Positions 62,774 to 64,000 of a DNA stretch of 64,000 nt are shown piece by piece. The position numbers and the translations under genes are program-made. Below the pieces are notes generated by a model. The model was not told where the DNA came from. It saw nothing but the letters and a program-made list of their open reading frames with translations, and searched no databases. Numbering within the stretch: the first letter of the stretch is position 1; each line of letters starts with the position of its first letter. Where the stretch lies: assembly GCA_009784085.1 (NCBI GenBank), contig WRCJ01000001.1:66-64065 (forward strand), read 5' to 3'. Source of the stretch: Oscillospiraceae bacterium (GTDB lineage Bacteria > Bacillota > Clostridia > Oscillospirales > UBA929).

Positions 62774-64000
62774 ATGAGTAATATGAGGAGCAAGAAACAG
62801 TTTTTGCTGGCGTGCGCATTTGCGTGTACATTTGCCCTTGTGCTGCTTTTTTCGTCATGCGACATTCGGACAGTTGCGACATCGCCATCGCCATCCGAGG
62901 AACCATCGCAGGAGCCGCCCACGGTGCAGGAATTCACGGTTACCTTCGACCTAAACGGCGGCGAGCTGATAAGCGGGGATGCCGTGCAATATGTGGAAGC
63001 CGGCGAGGCGGCGGTGGCGCCGGAGGTGGAGAAGGAACGCCACACCTTATCTTGGGATAAGGCATTTACCAATATTACCGAGGATTTGACGGTAACGGCG
63101 CAATGGGAGAAGAGGGAGCTGTCCTCCACCGAGGTGGCGGATATCGTGCAGGCGAGCACGGTCACCGTCGCTTGCGAATACCACAACGGCAACACAGGGA
63201 GCGGTTCCGGCTTCTTTATCGACGACGGGGGGACCATCGTCACCTGCTACCATGTCATCGAGTACGCGACGGATATCACGGTAGAAATGATAGGGGGCGG
63301 GAAATACACCGTAGAAAAGATCGTTGCCTTTGATGAGCTGATGGATCTGGCCGTACTCAAGATCAACCTGTCCGAGACGCCCGGGCTTGTGCTGTCCACA
63401 GACGTGGTCAAAGCGGGGCAAGCAATCTACGCGAACGGGTCTGCGCTCGGGACCTTAGTCGGTACGTTCACCAGCGGGACGGTTTCCAACGCGAACAGGG
63501 TTGTCAATGGGGTAAAGTGCATCCAAATAGATGCGGCTATCTCCGAGGGGAACAGCGGGGGGCCGCTGGTCAACTCCTATGCCGAGGTGATAGGCGTGGC
63601 CGCCATGTCCTTTCTGGACGGCGAGAACCTCAACCTGGCCATCCACATCGAGCAACTCGAGGACATAGAAGAAAAAAACTACTCCCTCACCAGCTATCAG
63701 GAGTGGATCATGCGGGAGGCGGATCGGTCTTATTCGCTATATACCGACCAAAACACATTCTATTATTCCACGATCAACACCTACACGGCCGTCACGGGCA
63801 GATCCTGTGACAGATCCGTGGATTTCAAAGATAAAGCCCATGCCGGGTATGTCTATAATAGCGCGTACTATATCTATAAGCTCGTGGAACATGAATCGGA
63901 AAAGTACGTGAGTTATTTGAAGGATAAGGGTTTTGTGTACGCCGACCGCAAAGAGTATTCAGACGGGGTTTCCTACTATTACACGAACAGCAGGACGAGT
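62774..64000 (+). CDS. Lipoprotein with one Listeria-Bacteroides repeat and a trypsin-like (S1C/HtrA-type) serine protease domain; runs off the right edge
   Basis: Not in the ORF track because there is no stop in the window. My translation is MSNMRSKKQFLLACAFACTFALVLLFSSC (lipobox), FTVTFDLNGGELISG...LTVTAQW, GSGFFIDDGGTIVTCYHVI, DLAVLKI, and IQIDAAISEGNSGGPL (catalytic Ser context). RBS GGAGGTGG. Confidence 0.72.
   Translation, partial: MSNMRSKKQFLLACAFACTFALVLLFSSCDIRTVATSPSPSEEPSQEPPTVQEFTVTFDLNGGELISGDAVQYVEAGEAAVAPEVEKERHTLSWDKAFTNITEDLTVTAQWEKRELSSTEVADIVQASTVTVACEYHNGNTGSGSGFFIDDGGTIVTCYHVIEYATDITVEMIGGGKYTVEKIVAFDELMDLAVLKINLSETPGLVLSTDVVKAGQAIYANGSALGTLVGTFTSGTVSNANRVVNGVKCIQIDAAISEGNSGGPLVNSYAEVIGVAAMSFLDGENLNLAIHIEQLEDIEEKNYSLTSYQEWIMREADRSYSLYTDQNTFYYSTINTYTAVTGRSCDRSVDFKDKAHAGYVYNSAYYIYKLVEHESEKYVSYLKDKGFVYADRKEYSDGVSYYYTNSRTS

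Overview
This window is a GC-rich chromosomal segment whose gene order looks like Bacillota/Clostridia, and it spans the replication origin. That placement is inferred from gene content only, since no database search was possible. On the plus strand, dnaA-dnaN-recF-remB(DUF370)-gyrB-gyrA (49.4-58.1 kb) is followed by rnhA, a class-B PBP, a MinD-like ATPase and an MGS-like gene. To the left, most genes run on the minus strand: ackA, secG, PFOR, ylxM-ffh, rpsP-KH-rimM-trmD, rpsU, single-chain purL and an ECF-transporter operon. gatCAB, a P-type Ca-ATPase and a tryptophanase-family lyase lie on the plus strand at the far left. I found no rRNA, tRNA, CRISPR array, intact transposase or prophage.

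The main points of interest are:
1. A six-gene minus-strand operon (33.7-42.0 kb) encodes a papain-like lipoprotein peptidase, three FHA-domain proteins (one fused to a PrsW-type intramembrane protease), a PP2C phosphatase and a Ser/Thr kinase with an LRR ectodomain. It looks like an uncharacterised phospho-signalling module coupled to proteolysis.
2. Two families of short hairpin (REP-like) repeats fill at least six intergenic loci. They also appear translated in frame inside two genes: the ecfA1 N-terminus and the PrsW-FHA linker.
3. An AT-rich orphan gene is bracketed by two roughly 310-bp direct repeats. These repeats are C-terminal fragments of Rpn/YhgA-like nuclease genes, and one has its own promoter and RBS.
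4. The dnaA-dnaN spacer carries four direct TTATCCCCC repeats instead of canonical DnaA boxes.
5. A roughly 160-nt intergenic region between ackA and secG contains overlapping, mutually exclusive helices.
6. A DUF2975/HTH/B12-radical-SAM operon sits behind a perfect 24-bp palindrome.
7. In-frame short tandem-repeat insertions recur in conserved housekeeping proteins.

All product calls rest on motif recognition from the translations. Start codons were refined by eye from RBS context and remain approximate.
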